A stretch of 32,000 bases of DNA from Idiomarina loihiensis L2TR (GTDB taxonomy: Bacteria; Pseudomonadota; Gammaproteobacteria; Enterobacterales; Alteromonadaceae): contig NC_006512.1 in NCBI RefSeq assembly GCF_000008465.1, positions 2,790,001-2,822,000 on the forward strand, given 5' to 3'. The notes beneath the pieces are model-generated. The model did not search any database. It saw only the letters and a program-made list of their open reading frames with translations, and was not told the DNA's origin. Shown one piece after another: positions 15,790-24,997 of the stretch; position 1 is the first letter of the stretch; each line of letters opens with the position of its first letter. The position numbers and the translations under genes were made by a program.

Positions 15790-17127
15790 TTAAGTCTGCC
15801 TTTTTAGCCAGTCGACTATCACGCTATTCATCTGGTTCACCTCTACCTTTTTTAGCTTATTCGAGTGACTTACTATCTGTCGCTCAAAGTCTACCGCCTT
15901 TAAATGATTAATCAAACTATCAATATCATCCTCAGCGACTTGATGAACTCCATGTACTGTACCTATAGCAATGGCACCAATCCTGTTAGTAAGAGTTCTT
16001 GGTCCAAACTTTGTAAATCCGGAGTTGTACAATATAGAAGGGGATGGATGAGGACTATATCTCCACCACGGCGATTGCTTCCGGCAAGTATAGGTATCTA
16101 TAAGCTCCTCAGGAACTGAATCAAAATAGCGTTGAAGATTTTTTGAAGGTGAAGAGGACGGAGAAACAAGCCAGCACTTCTGATCGCCCAAAACGTAATA
16201 TTTAAAAAAATTATTCTCATCTAAAGAGTCGATGTTAGGCGGCAAAGTCTTCATTTGGGTAATGCAGGGAAAGACATCAAATCCCACTTTCAAGCCAAAC
16301 TGCTTTCTTATTTTTTCTGTCAGACAGAAAACAGTCTGTGAACCCGGACTAAGGCCTCGTTGAGCAAAAATTTCTTTATCTCGTTTTGTATAAGAAAGAA
16401 GTCTCTCATCACTCCCTGTTACCGACTCAGCTTCCTTAATTTTTAAATCTTCCGATACTTTAAAAAACCTCCAACGGCATGAGCTCGTAGATTTATCAAT
16501 TATTGAAAGGCTTGCTGTTGTTAAAACCTTTGAATCAGTAAAGATATTTGACTCAAATCGATACACGTCAACTGACCAACCTTTCTTCTCTATTGCGTTA
16601 CGTAAAAAGGCTGCAGAAGGTCGTGATACCCATTCGTACGGAACTACTTGAGCACAAAGTCCGTCATCTGCAGTACTCAAGAGTGCTTGGCACATAAAAT
16701 AAACAAATCCATTAGCTCGCTTATCGAACTTTTCGTCCAGCGCACGACCAAGTATGCCCGATAACTCTAGCTTCCACTTCGGAGACAAATCGTGGTGTCG
16801 AACATAAGGAGGGTTACCGATAGCCAAATCGAAATCGCCCCCAAAATCCTCACCAAAAAAAGCACATTGGTTCAAAATCCTTTTGCGATTTTCGTTTTGA
16901 AAATCGCCAAGCCGTTTACTATCTACTTCGATCCCGAGATAACTATCATATACGTCTGATCTCGAAAAATTTCCCGAGCCGGCACCTAAGTCCAAAACTG
17001 AACGGATATCCCTTCGATACTCTTTCACCAATTTCCAAACAAATTCGACAATTTTATCTGGCGTATCAATTTGACACCTTGATAAATAGTTATCCATAAA
17101 TTGGTTACTTTCAGGATTTACAGTCAT
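15790..17127 (-). CDS. DNA methyltransferase, NPPY type (N6-adenine/N4-cytosine, gamma-class motif order; Eco57I/TaqI-like)
   Basis: SAM-binding motif I VLDLGAGSGNF precedes catalytic motif IV AIGNPPYVRHH. The C-terminal roughly 250 aa are a plausible target-recognition region. Confidence 0.8.
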   Translation of the reverse strand: MTVNPESNQFMDNYLSRCQIDTPDKIVEFVWKLVKEYRRDIRSVLDLGAGSGNFSRSDVYDSYLGIEVDSKRLGDFQNENRKRILNQCAFFGEDFGGDFDLAIGNPPYVRHHDLSPKWKLELSGILGRALDEKFDKRANGFVYFMCQALLSTADDGLCAQVVPYEWVSRPSAAFLRNAIEKKGWSVDVYRFESNIFTDSKVLTTASLSIIDKSTSSCRWRFFKVSEDLKIKEAESVTGSDERLLSYTKRDKEIFAQRGLSPGSQTVFCLTEKIRKQFGLKVGFDVFPCITQMKTLPPNIDSLDENNFFKYYVLGDQKCWLVSPSSSPSKNLQRYFDSVPEELIDTYTCRKQSPWWRYSPHPSPSILYNSGFTKFGPRTLTNRIGAIAIGTVHGVHQVAEDDIDSLINHLKAVDFERQIVSHSNKLKKVEVNQMNSVIVDWLKRQT

Positions 17128-17289
17128 CTTTGCACTTTGCCCAGTATTTACATAGATATAATGTAACCTTTTGAGTCGACGTCCACAATCCCCATAGGTA
17201 CTATTTACCCGAAGAAATTAGCTTTTCTTAATGTACGAGAGAGAAGTTAATCGATATAGCTTTTCTGTTCACTAGTTATTCATTACCAC

Positions 17290-18888
17290 TCATACTCTGG
17301 CTAACAAATGGCGGCAAACATTATTAGCCCACCTCCTTACATTTTCTTGCCGTATTGAACCCGCTTTTTCAGACGCTTGATGTACTATAAAAAAATGATT
17401 GTCTTTACCAAACCCACTATCAAAATAATCCTTTGGCCAACTCAACGACTTTTTGAGTAGCTTTATCTCAATCTCGGATAGGTGTTCAACTACTGCTTTC
17501 GCAGAAGAAGCCATAACCACCTTTGTTGATAATGACTTTGCAGCATCCGAGGTATCAACCTCCATAAGGTAGAATTGGTGACCACTGACAGTCACCCTGG
17601 CCAACATCCAACACCTTGGCGCTAAGTCATCCCGCATTAGGTGCATTTTGCATCGACCAACAGATGGCAGCTTTCTAAAGGCTAGACGCTCAACTCTGCA
17701 GTTATGATTAGTAACCAAGTAGTTCAGCATTTTTGAAAAGCTTTCAAACTTACTATCGTACAAGTGCATATCATCAGTATTTTCGTCTAAACCATCCCAT
17801 TCAGCACTAGGCAACTCACCCATAGGAGATTGTTCTTCTGTACTAACTAGACTGGATGCTTCGCTTCCGTCAGAATTGTCGCTGGAACCAACCTTTTTCC
17901 TTTTTCTTGCCGTTTTATGAGTATTTACCGCCTTTGCAAATTCAACTTTCGTTTTGACTCCATCAATTTGCACCGGATCATTTTCACCACTGGAGTCTTG
18001 ATCCTCATCTACTTCATGATTAGGCGGTCGGTAATCTCCACCACGGGCACCCCTTCCACCACTCAGCTCAGGCACATAGAATTTGGGACTAAAGAACTCA
18101 ACGTCACTAGGCACACCTGTCGGAATACCTGTTAATTCAGTGATTTCATAAACCAACAAGGTATTAGTTTCTGTATCTAAATTTCCGCGAACTTTTAAAT
18201 TAACTCCTTGAAGGGGAGGAGGCTCAAACTCAAAGTTCCAAATCCTGTATGAGCCTCGGTTAAAGCCAGACTCTAGCTGCGCCTTACTGATACTTTCGTA
18301 GGAGAGCCGAGCATCGTTATCTAAGAGAAGCCAAGCTAAGTAACGCCGGTAACCGGGATCTGAAAATACGTTATCGGGGCAGGTGCTATTTGGGAGCACA
18401 GTAATGACGGCATGCTCTGAATTAGTCGCATCATGCTCTACTGAAAACTCATTCTGCAGTATTCCGTGCTCCATACACGCACGAGAGAAGTAGGCATTAT
18501 GAAAAAATAACGCCCTGGCTAATTCAAACTGCGGTAAATACACTGTCATGCCATCAGGTAAGGTTTTAACGAAACAACGAGACTTCCGCTCCTTTGGCAA
18601 ATCTCGCTCTTTCGCAGGGCAGTCTTCTAGATTGCTTACTTCCCATTTTTGTAAGTTATCGACGGTGAACTCTATCTCAGAACCTTGTTTCCGAAATGGT
18701 CGCGTGGGATTAATAACATTTTTTCTGACTAGAATTGGGGCTTGAGACAATAGAACACTATCGTTGCCTCTCGTTTTTCTTGGGTAAATACTTAGATTAA
18801 TCCCCCATTGGCTTCCATCAGTCCGTTTGAACACTGATCCAATACCATTTATCCAGGTGTTATCTTCAAACCCACCGAGCCTATCCAT
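17290..18888 (-). CDS. tnsE: TnsE-like target selector (conjugal/lagging-strand pathway)
   Basis: 532 aa, directly after tnsD with a 3-nt gap. Tn7 TnsE is about 538 aa. Segments PQFELARALFFHNAYFSRAC, NFEFEPPPLQGVNLKVRG and LMEVDTSDAAKSLSTKVV parallel my recollection of Tn7 TnsE (PQLELARSLFLINSYFCRSC, FSFDPPPMQGWKLHVKG, LLEVDASDGVKMLSTKVL). Confidence 0.75.
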   Translation of the reverse strand: MDRLGGFEDNTWINGIGSVFKRTDGSQWGINLSIYPRKTRGNDSVLLSQAPILVRKNVINPTRPFRKQGSEIEFTVDNLQKWEVSNLEDCPAKERDLPKERKSRCFVKTLPDGMTVYLPQFELARALFFHNAYFSRACMEHGILQNEFSVEHDATNSEHAVITVLPNSTCPDNVFSDPGYRRYLAWLLLDNDARLSYESISKAQLESGFNRGSYRIWNFEFEPPPLQGVNLKVRGNLDTETNTLLVYEITELTGIPTGVPSDVEFFSPKFYVPELSGGRGARGGDYRPPNHEVDEDQDSSGENDPVQIDGVKTKVEFAKAVNTHKTARKRKKVGSSDNSDGSEASSLVSTEEQSPMGELPSAEWDGLDENTDDMHLYDSKFESFSKMLNYLVTNHNCRVERLAFRKLPSVGRCKMHLMRDDLAPRCWMLARVTVSGHQFYLMEVDTSDAAKSLSTKVVMASSAKAVVEHLSEIEIKLLKKSLSWPKDYFDSGFGKDNHFFIVHQASEKAGSIRQENVRRWANNVCRHLLARV

Positions 18889-18891
18889 CGC

Positions 18892-20400
18892 TTACAACCC
18901 CATTACCTCAGAAAGAAACTCTCTTGCTTCTTCCGTTAAGCGCTCTTCACTAAGCCCAGCGCTACGCAAAACATCCCATCGTTTAAGGTGTTCACTTTGT
19001 TTATGCCGCTCAATCGCCACGTGTGTTATGCGGCGGATCTGATAGTCCGCAATCGTTTCCGTGTATCTACTTAGAAACAGCTTACACAGGGGAAGCTTAT
19101 ATAAGTTTTTTTCCACCTTTGACTTATGATCCAACTGGTTAAAGTACCAGTTTCTTGATCTCCTAGGGCTCTCCAGCTTTATTTCAAAGCAGTCACGAAT
19201 GGATATCAGAGCCTTTAACAAGCCGCGATCAAATGAGCTCCAATTCACTCGTGTAGACAGTGCTGACCTTTTACACATCAACTTTGCATTAAGCGACAAT
19301 AACCAAGCTCTATCGTGGCGATACAGCCAAGTATAGTCTCCTCCGGCACCTTCAAGGCGAGCCCTTTTCGTCCCTTTATTCTTTATCGCTTTAAGCCAAA
19401 CTCTGCGCCGTTTAAGTATTGTTAACTTATCAGCCTGGAGCATAAGGCTGTGAGTAACTGACTTTTCCGGCTCATATGATTTGACGTCTTTAATGACGTC
19501 ATTTAACGCAATCGTATCTCCGAGAAATGCATGTAATACAACAAGGTGCTCAAGGTAACTGAAGCTTTTACGATGTTTTCTAAATAGGCTTCTTAGCCAG
19601 CATGTATCAGAGTCTATTAGTTTCAGGCCAACACTTTTCAACCAGCTTTCTGACCAATAGTTAGTGACTTTCCGAGCGACTTCTTCATGCTCTATATTGC
19701 AGCCTCTATTGAATCCAAAATCACAAGCAAGAGCTTTATAAAACAACCCCCATTGGATAACTGTTGGTACCGACTGCTCAGGCAGGTTCAAAATCGATGT
19801 AATGCTTGAATTCAAGACATTGCTCTGCCTATTCGTTTTGCTTTGCGGCTTACAAGAACATAAGTTTAGGTCTGCGGCCGTATACACATGGCGCTTATAA
19901 GAAGTCCGTCTTACTGCTGTTTCCTTTAGCTCCCCATGAATAGGACAGTAATCCATACCCGCAATTTGCCAGTCTCGTCGCCAGAAGCATTCGCCAAATT
20001 GATTCCATTGCTGTTCAATGCATTTAGGGCAATATCGTAAGTAGTACGGTTGAGTAATTCGGGATGCGGCGAATCCTGACATGACATGTACCGAATGCAC
20101 TTTATCGGCTAAAAGCTGCTTTTTCAGTTCTGTTCTTCGTGATTCGCCAATAAACAGAGCGTACAGAGGAAACAATGTATGTTTATAAAGCAAACTCTCA
20201 GGTTGAACGTTCAGCTGGCCTGGATATAGTTCCGCTACCTGCTCTAAATGACCGTGTAAGTCAGACGTAGCAATGATTGTGTTCTTCCCAAACACTTCGT
20301 GTAAGAGCTCTTTAGGTGAGGTTAAACCGCTGTGGATACCATAACGGGCTATCGTGCTATAGATAAGCTCATCGGGATAAGGAAGCGGAAAACCGAGCAT
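18892..20400 (-). CDS. tnsD: TnsD/TniQ-family target selector (attTn7/glmS pathway)
   Basis: N-terminal TniQ motif PYPDELIYSTIARYG. CCCH zinc finger CPKC...CPIHG. Abuts the tnsC stop (TAGATG). The element sits at the glmS attachment site. Confidence 0.85.
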   Translation of the reverse strand: MLGFPLPYPDELIYSTIARYGIHSGLTSPKELLHEVFGKNTIIATSDLHGHLEQVAELYPGQLNVQPESLLYKHTLFPLYALFIGESRRTELKKQLLADKVHSVHVMSGFAASRITQPYYLRYCPKCIEQQWNQFGECFWRRDWQIAGMDYCPIHGELKETAVRRTSYKRHVYTAADLNLCSCKPQSKTNRQSNVLNSSITSILNLPEQSVPTVIQWGLFYKALACDFGFNRGCNIEHEEVARKVTNYWSESWLKSVGLKLIDSDTCWLRSLFRKHRKSFSYLEHLVVLHAFLGDTIALNDVIKDVKSYEPEKSVTHSLMLQADKLTILKRRRVWLKAIKNKGTKRARLEGAGGDYTWLYRHDRAWLLSLNAKLMCKRSALSTRVNWSSFDRGLLKALISIRDCFEIKLESPRRSRNWYFNQLDHKSKVEKNLYKLPLCKLFLSRYTETIADYQIRRITHVAIERHKQSEHLKRWDVLRSAGLSEERLTEEAREFLSEVMGL

Positions 20401-22068
20401 CTATCCCACCTGTTTTAACCTAGCTTCCATATCGAAAATGTCACGGCCTACTGCAAGCTCACCATAAAACTGACTTTTCCGTTGTGAGTATTTAAAGCGT
20501 AAATCATCGGATGGAAGGGTGTGCCATTCTTTTGACTTTATTGTTTTTGCCTTCGGTTTGGACTTTTGCACTGCCGTAGGCTCTTGCTCCGTTTTATACC
20601 ACTCGAGAACGATACGAGTTAACTCCGGCAGCTCAAGCTCAGAATGTTCACTGAAAACTTTCTCAACCAGCGCCGGCAGCAAGTCAGATTCGCAGCCCAT
20701 CGCCTGGAGCATATTATAAAGCCTTAAAGCTTTTTCATTATTGCCAAACGACACCTCTTTTTTCTTCTCTTCCTGCTCCTGTGCAATTAGGTTTCTGAGT
20801 TCAAGTAAGCGCTTATCTATTGAGGGTAAGTGTAAGTCCGAGTATTTCACTATCAAGTCAGCATCATTGCGTCTCAAGGCTTCAAGCATTGGGTGAACAG
20901 GAATAAGTTCTTGTTCATAAACTTTTCGAAGTAAGTCTGCGGTAATACGTTCAAGGCCCGTCGCTATTGCCCGCATTTGAGCCAATACAAAAATCTTCAC
21001 GACGATATCTAAAACGCCTTGTGATAGGTCATACCAACAGTCTCGAACTTCGTCACTGAGCGTTTCATCTCGTCGCTCTAGCCACTGGTACTTCCATAGT
21101 TTATTAGTAAAGGCCTCCCATTCGCTCAGCTTTGGCTCTCCCGTTTTAGGGTGGTATCGACGAGTGCCTCGTTGCATTGGTTCCCAAAACAATGAACCAA
21201 ATCCAGCGCTTCTTCTCCCAGCCTGCAGCTCCATTTCAAAGATCGGCCTGGCTTTTGGTGTTCCAACTAATACAACCGGAACACCGATGACGTTTACCAA
21301 CGCAACAAAGAACTCAAGCATAGCTTCTTTACTTAAAGTACCTTTCAACCCTAGTCTTTGAATTTCATCGATAACAAGAACACCAATCGCTTTTTGAGTA
21401 GCTACTTGCCCCATCAAAGCCAGGAGAACTTCAGGCCCATGACGTTTTCGAACATACTTTTTCTCATAGCCTGTCTGAAGCGTCCGGTCGACTTCACGGA
21501 AAAAGTTCAAACATAAGCTTTTAAGAGAACCATCACTCGGGCATTCAATGCGCAGGTAGGGGAGTTGAATAAAATTATAGTCCGGATGGAAAATCACCTC
21601 AGGATAAGTAGCGAGTATACGGTTAACTGTGGTGCTTTTCCCTGACCCTGAACAGCCTATCAGGGACAAACATTTAGCCGTTGAATTCGACTGTGAAAAA
21701 CGAAAGTCACTCGTCGCCCCCTCCATTATGCGCTGATATCCCTCCTGCATTTTTTTGTTAAGGGAGCCATCTGCAGGGTTACGACCAACGTAACCCGCCC
21801 GAATCATGATTGACAACTTCTCCTCTAACTGTAAATGCATTGATAGAGGTTGAAAGAAATCATCCAGCAAAGACGCTATGTTATGGGCTCTTTCTTGAGG
21901 CTCTGCAAATCGATTTTCTTGGTCGAACCGGACTTTTCCGGTGAGGCTATTTCGAAGTGTTTTGCGATCCATTATCGGAGGCAGAGCTTCAATCAGCGGG
22001 TTGCCCTGATAGCGCTCAGGTTTAAGAGGCCTGTAAACCGCTGAAACGTAATTATTGGGTAGCGGCAT
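20401..22068 (-). CDS. tnsC: TnsC AAA+ ATPase regulator
   Basis: Walker A GCSGSGKST. Walker B VLVIDEIQ. 1-nt overlap with the tnsB stop (TAATG). Confidence 0.9.
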   Translation of the reverse strand: MPLPNNYVSAVYRPLKPERYQGNPLIEALPPIMDRKTLRNSLTGKVRFDQENRFAEPQERAHNIASLLDDFFQPLSMHLQLEEKLSIMIRAGYVGRNPADGSLNKKMQEGYQRIMEGATSDFRFSQSNSTAKCLSLIGCSGSGKSTTVNRILATYPEVIFHPDYNFIQLPYLRIECPSDGSLKSLCLNFFREVDRTLQTGYEKKYVRKRHGPEVLLALMGQVATQKAIGVLVIDEIQRLGLKGTLSKEAMLEFFVALVNVIGVPVVLVGTPKARPIFEMELQAGRRSAGFGSLFWEPMQRGTRRYHPKTGEPKLSEWEAFTNKLWKYQWLERRDETLSDEVRDCWYDLSQGVLDIVVKIFVLAQMRAIATGLERITADLLRKVYEQELIPVHPMLEALRRNDADLIVKYSDLHLPSIDKRLLELRNLIAQEQEEKKKEVSFGNNEKALRLYNMLQAMGCESDLLPALVEKVFSEHSELELPELTRIVLEWYKTEQEPTAVQKSKPKAKTIKSKEWHTLPSDDLRFKYSQRKSQFYGELAVGRDIFDMEARLKQVG

Positions 22069-24146
22069 TAATCGTCATCCTCAAAGAGTTCATCAATATA
22101 ATCCGGATAATCAAGGTCAGGGCTGCTTTCCTTAAGAGGGATAACATCAGCTGATTTATTACCCGACTGAGCATTTTTAGGTGCTTTGCTTTTACGCTCT
22201 AATCTTTTTTCACTAGACCGGTTGTCATTGATAGCTCTTATTCGCTCCGCTTTTGGCCGATCAGAGCGAGCGGGGGAATCAGATACAGTCTGAGAAATCT
22301 TATCAAGCACAAATTCTTCATGTTCTCGACGGCTTTCTTTAGCTGCTAACTTTGCTTTTGCAGCAACTTTCTTCTGCTCTTCTTGAAGTTGCCAAACATC
22401 CCAAAATGATGAGCCTCGGTATTGACGAGAAATTTCAGTCAGGCTGCACTTCCAGTACTTGTTGCTTCCTTTTTCATAAAAGAGATAAATACTGTCTGCA
22501 CTCAACGGATCATATGCCGCCATCATCTTTTTAGGTCGTTTCACATCACGACCCCGATGCGTCCAACCTAACCGGACGATCTCTGAAGCAGTATAATACA
22601 AGCCAAATAACCCCACACCGCGCTCTGAAAGCGTTACCTCACTCCTGGGAAGCAGTGCAATTTTAAGTGCATCACTATCAGTCTGGCGGAGACGCCCAGT
22701 ACGATTTTGAATACCCCAGTTCCAAAGGTGAATGGGAGTACTCGGTAAGTCCGTTGGCATATCAACTTCCCGATCGTATTTATCAAGTACCGCAAATTGA
22801 TTGTGTTGCAGCACTGACGACAAAACAATTTGAGTGAAGTCTGTAATCGTTAGCTTGGCATCAAGACGGTAATCTGAGCCTCCACGCTTTTTCACCAAAT
22901 TACCGGTTACATAACCAGGCACAAACGGACCAAAAGATTCGTGCATTGTTTTAAAATGCCTTTCGACAATACCTTTGGCTTCGCCTCGATACGGTGGAGT
23001 ATTTTCTATTCGCATAGAAAAACTACTCTCTAAATTTTCAATCTGATGACCAAGTAATTCCCCTCTATCGGCCAGGAGGGCATCAGGCAAACCAATACAT
23101 GGCCACTCATCGTCCGTGATATCAAAACCAAGCTCGCGACAATAGTCTGACTTACTGCTTATCGCTACGTGCAATGCCTGAAGCGCAGCGGCGTATGAGG
23201 GGTTTTCAAAACCGATATAAAATCCAGCCACCATTCGACTGAATACATCGATAACCATGTAAACAACCGGACGCCCAACGATATTGCCCCTGTCGGAATC
23301 AGAAACCAGATAAACATCCGCTATCGTCGCATCAATTTCATAACGAGAGCCGGGTCCCAAAGCTTGCGATGCTGCAGTTCCGTGTAACGGTCGTATATCT
23401 TTGCTGTAGTCTTTCTTCGATATCCTTTTTTGCAGCGCTTCCGTTTGATTATATTCTCGTTTATAGAAATGACGCAGCTGCCATAAGCTTGGTAGATTTT
23501 CCTCAGCAACATCCGGAAAGTAGTTGTGATACATGGTTTCTAAGCGACGATGTGCATAGGGAAATGAATGCCTCTTGTCGCTTAAAATATACTTATCAAT
23601 CGCTATCCGAAATAACCGTTCAGTTTGTTCATCAACAATTGCTCCCGTGCCTGGTAAATACTTACGCGGGCGGCCTAATTTTTTTCCTTTGGCGACACGC
23701 TTTTTGCCCTTGCCACCAGAATTCTTGTAGTCAGGCAGTAAGGCATTAGGTATTTGTCCCCGTTGCCAATATCTCCGCGCTAGTCGGTAAACCGTCTGCT
23801 TTGTCGTACCAAACTCACTAACAATTTTATCAACTACTGGTCCTCGCCTTTTCGGATTATAAAAGTCAGTTAGTTCAATCAAAGGCCTCAACACCGCAAA
23901 ATTCTTATCCCGTTTATCACGGGCAACGGTTCCCTCGCCCGGCGATTCATATGCAAGGTAGTTATACGGGTCGTCTATACGCTCAAAAGCGTCATCATCA
24001 ATTGTCTTATAAATTTCGCTGATAAGAATTAACTCGGGCAGTGCTTTTTCATCGTCCAGACTTATCCAGACGAGTTGTTCATCAAGACTTTCGAGAATGC
24101 GAAAGCGCTCATCGTGAAACTTAACTACTTCATTGATTCGAAACAC
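22068..24146 (-). CDS. tnsB: TnsB DDE transposase
   Basis: DDE triad context: YEIDATIADV, ALLADRGE and PYRGEAKGIVERHF. N-terminal HTH region. 17-nt overlap with tnsA. Confidence 0.9.
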   Translation of the reverse strand: MFRINEVVKFHDERFRILESLDEQLVWISLDDEKALPELILISEIYKTIDDDAFERIDDPYNYLAYESPGEGTVARDKRDKNFAVLRPLIELTDFYNPKRRGPVVDKIVSEFGTTKQTVYRLARRYWQRGQIPNALLPDYKNSGGKGKKRVAKGKKLGRPRKYLPGTGAIVDEQTERLFRIAIDKYILSDKRHSFPYAHRRLETMYHNYFPDVAEENLPSLWQLRHFYKREYNQTEALQKRISKKDYSKDIRPLHGTAASQALGPGSRYEIDATIADVYLVSDSDRGNIVGRPVVYMVIDVFSRMVAGFYIGFENPSYAAALQALHVAISSKSDYCRELGFDITDDEWPCIGLPDALLADRGELLGHQIENLESSFSMRIENTPPYRGEAKGIVERHFKTMHESFGPFVPGYVTGNLVKKRGGSDYRLDAKLTITDFTQIVLSSVLQHNQFAVLDKYDREVDMPTDLPSTPIHLWNWGIQNRTGRLRQTDSDALKIALLPRSEVTLSERGVGLFGLYYTASEIVRLGWTHRGRDVKRPKKMMAAYDPLSADSIYLFYEKGSNKYWKCSLTEISRQYRGSSFWDVWQLQEEQKKVAAKAKLAAKESRREHEEFVLDKISQTVSDSPARSDRPKAERIRAINDNRSSEKRLERKSKAPKNAQSGNKSADVIPLKESSPDLDYPDYIDELFEDDD

Positions 24147-24957
24147 GATATGCCTCCTTGATAAAACTTAAGTCAGAGGCACGCAAAGCGCCAACCTTTA
24201 ACTTCGTTATGGGAGTAAAAATATCAAATTCAAAGTAACGCTTAGCTAAAAGACGCCGAATCTCATACAACGACTCGCCAGCATTTAAACCATAACTGGT
24301 ATCGAGTTTCTTACACAGTGAAATGATGGTTTGATTGGGATTTTGCGTGAACTGATGTTGATAAAACTCTATCTGCTCAGACGCTAATTCATCATCTTCT
24401 TCTGAGCGGCTAGCAGGATATAACCAGTTTACGTTCTTGCTAACTTCCTTGGGTATCTGATGATCGGTTATCAGGTACCAAGGCACACCTTTCTCCATCC
24501 AGTACCTGCGCTCCAATTCAAGTTTCTCAACCGTACGCTCATCATCTAGTGCACTCGCATACTTGGCCTGAAATACTAATCTTGGGGTTTCTTCATTTGA
24601 CGAGTCGACTAGAAAGTCGCTCGACATGAAATGGTCAAAGCCATTTTGTGCTGGATGCTTAATACCTGCATCGGCAGCAAGTTGCTTAGTAAGGGTTCGG
24701 TCTAATGGGAACTGTTCACGTACTTGGGTAACATCGGGTAGCCACTCGAGAAGAAGAAAAACTGAGAGCTCTAGATCGGACAGTAAGTGATGGGTTCGTC
24801 TGGACTTGTGGCCAAATACTCGATGAACACGGCCAAGGGAGGGCAAATCTCGAACAGTCAGCCAAGGTCGATATTCTTCATTCTGGCCGCTACCGCGCCC
24901 TTCCTTTATCCATTTTAAGAAAGTCGCTTCGGAAATTAGGTTCTTCTTCGTTGCCAT
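24130..24957 (-). CDS. tnsA: TnsA endonuclease-like transposase subunit
   Basis: Motifs IKEGRGSG, HHLLSDLE, SSDFLV and VFQAKY fit the restriction-endonuclease-like E/D/K pattern of TnsA. It is the first gene of the tns operon, reading inward from the right end. Confidence 0.9.
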   Translation of the reverse strand: MATKKNLISEATFLKWIKEGRGSGQNEEYRPWLTVRDLPSLGRVHRVFGHKSRRTHHLLSDLELSVFLLLEWLPDVTQVREQFPLDRTLTKQLAADAGIKHPAQNGFDHFMSSDFLVDSSNEETPRLVFQAKYASALDDERTVEKLELERRYWMEKGVPWYLITDHQIPKEVSKNVNWLYPASRSEEDDELASEQIEFYQHQFTQNPNQTIISLCKKLDTSYGLNAGESLYEIRRLLAKRYFEFDIFTPITKLKVGALRASDLSFIKEAYRVSNQ

Positions 24958-24967
24958 TACGAACCCC

Positions 24968-24997
24968 CTGACTTAGACATTAAGTCATACTAGTCAG
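24968..24997 (-). promoter_or_regulatory. GACT/AGTC inverted-repeat cluster in the tnsA 5' leader, abutting the SD
   Basis: The plus strand reads ctgacttag-acat-taagtca-tac-tagtcag. TGACTTA appears once forward (24969) and twice inverted (24981, 24991). On the mRNA, the hairpin ends at ...AAGTCAGGGGG, and GGGGG serves as the Shine-Dalgarno 6 nt before the ATG. Confidence 0.4.

Noticed and set aside
17290-18888. 532-aa ORF after tnsD considered as a novel cargo or defence gene.
   Set aside because: Its position (3 nt after tnsD), its size (Tn7 TnsE is about 538 aa) and several collinear motifs recalled from Tn7 TnsE make it the fifth transposition gene rather than cargo. This still needs profile confirmation.
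23369-23749. Antisense or shadow ORFs from the track. Examples: 176-454, 1006-1408, 1999-2825, 3767-4012, 5437-5817, 10801-10983, 14322-14552, 15446-15793, 15904-16119, 17917-18135, 18548-19042, 20519-22044, 22352-23749, 26170-26370, 28328-29182, 30422-30670 and 31456-31680.
   Set aside because: All lie inside, or opposite to, longer ORFs that have clear family motifs. They have no RBS and odd composition, and are typical shadow frames.
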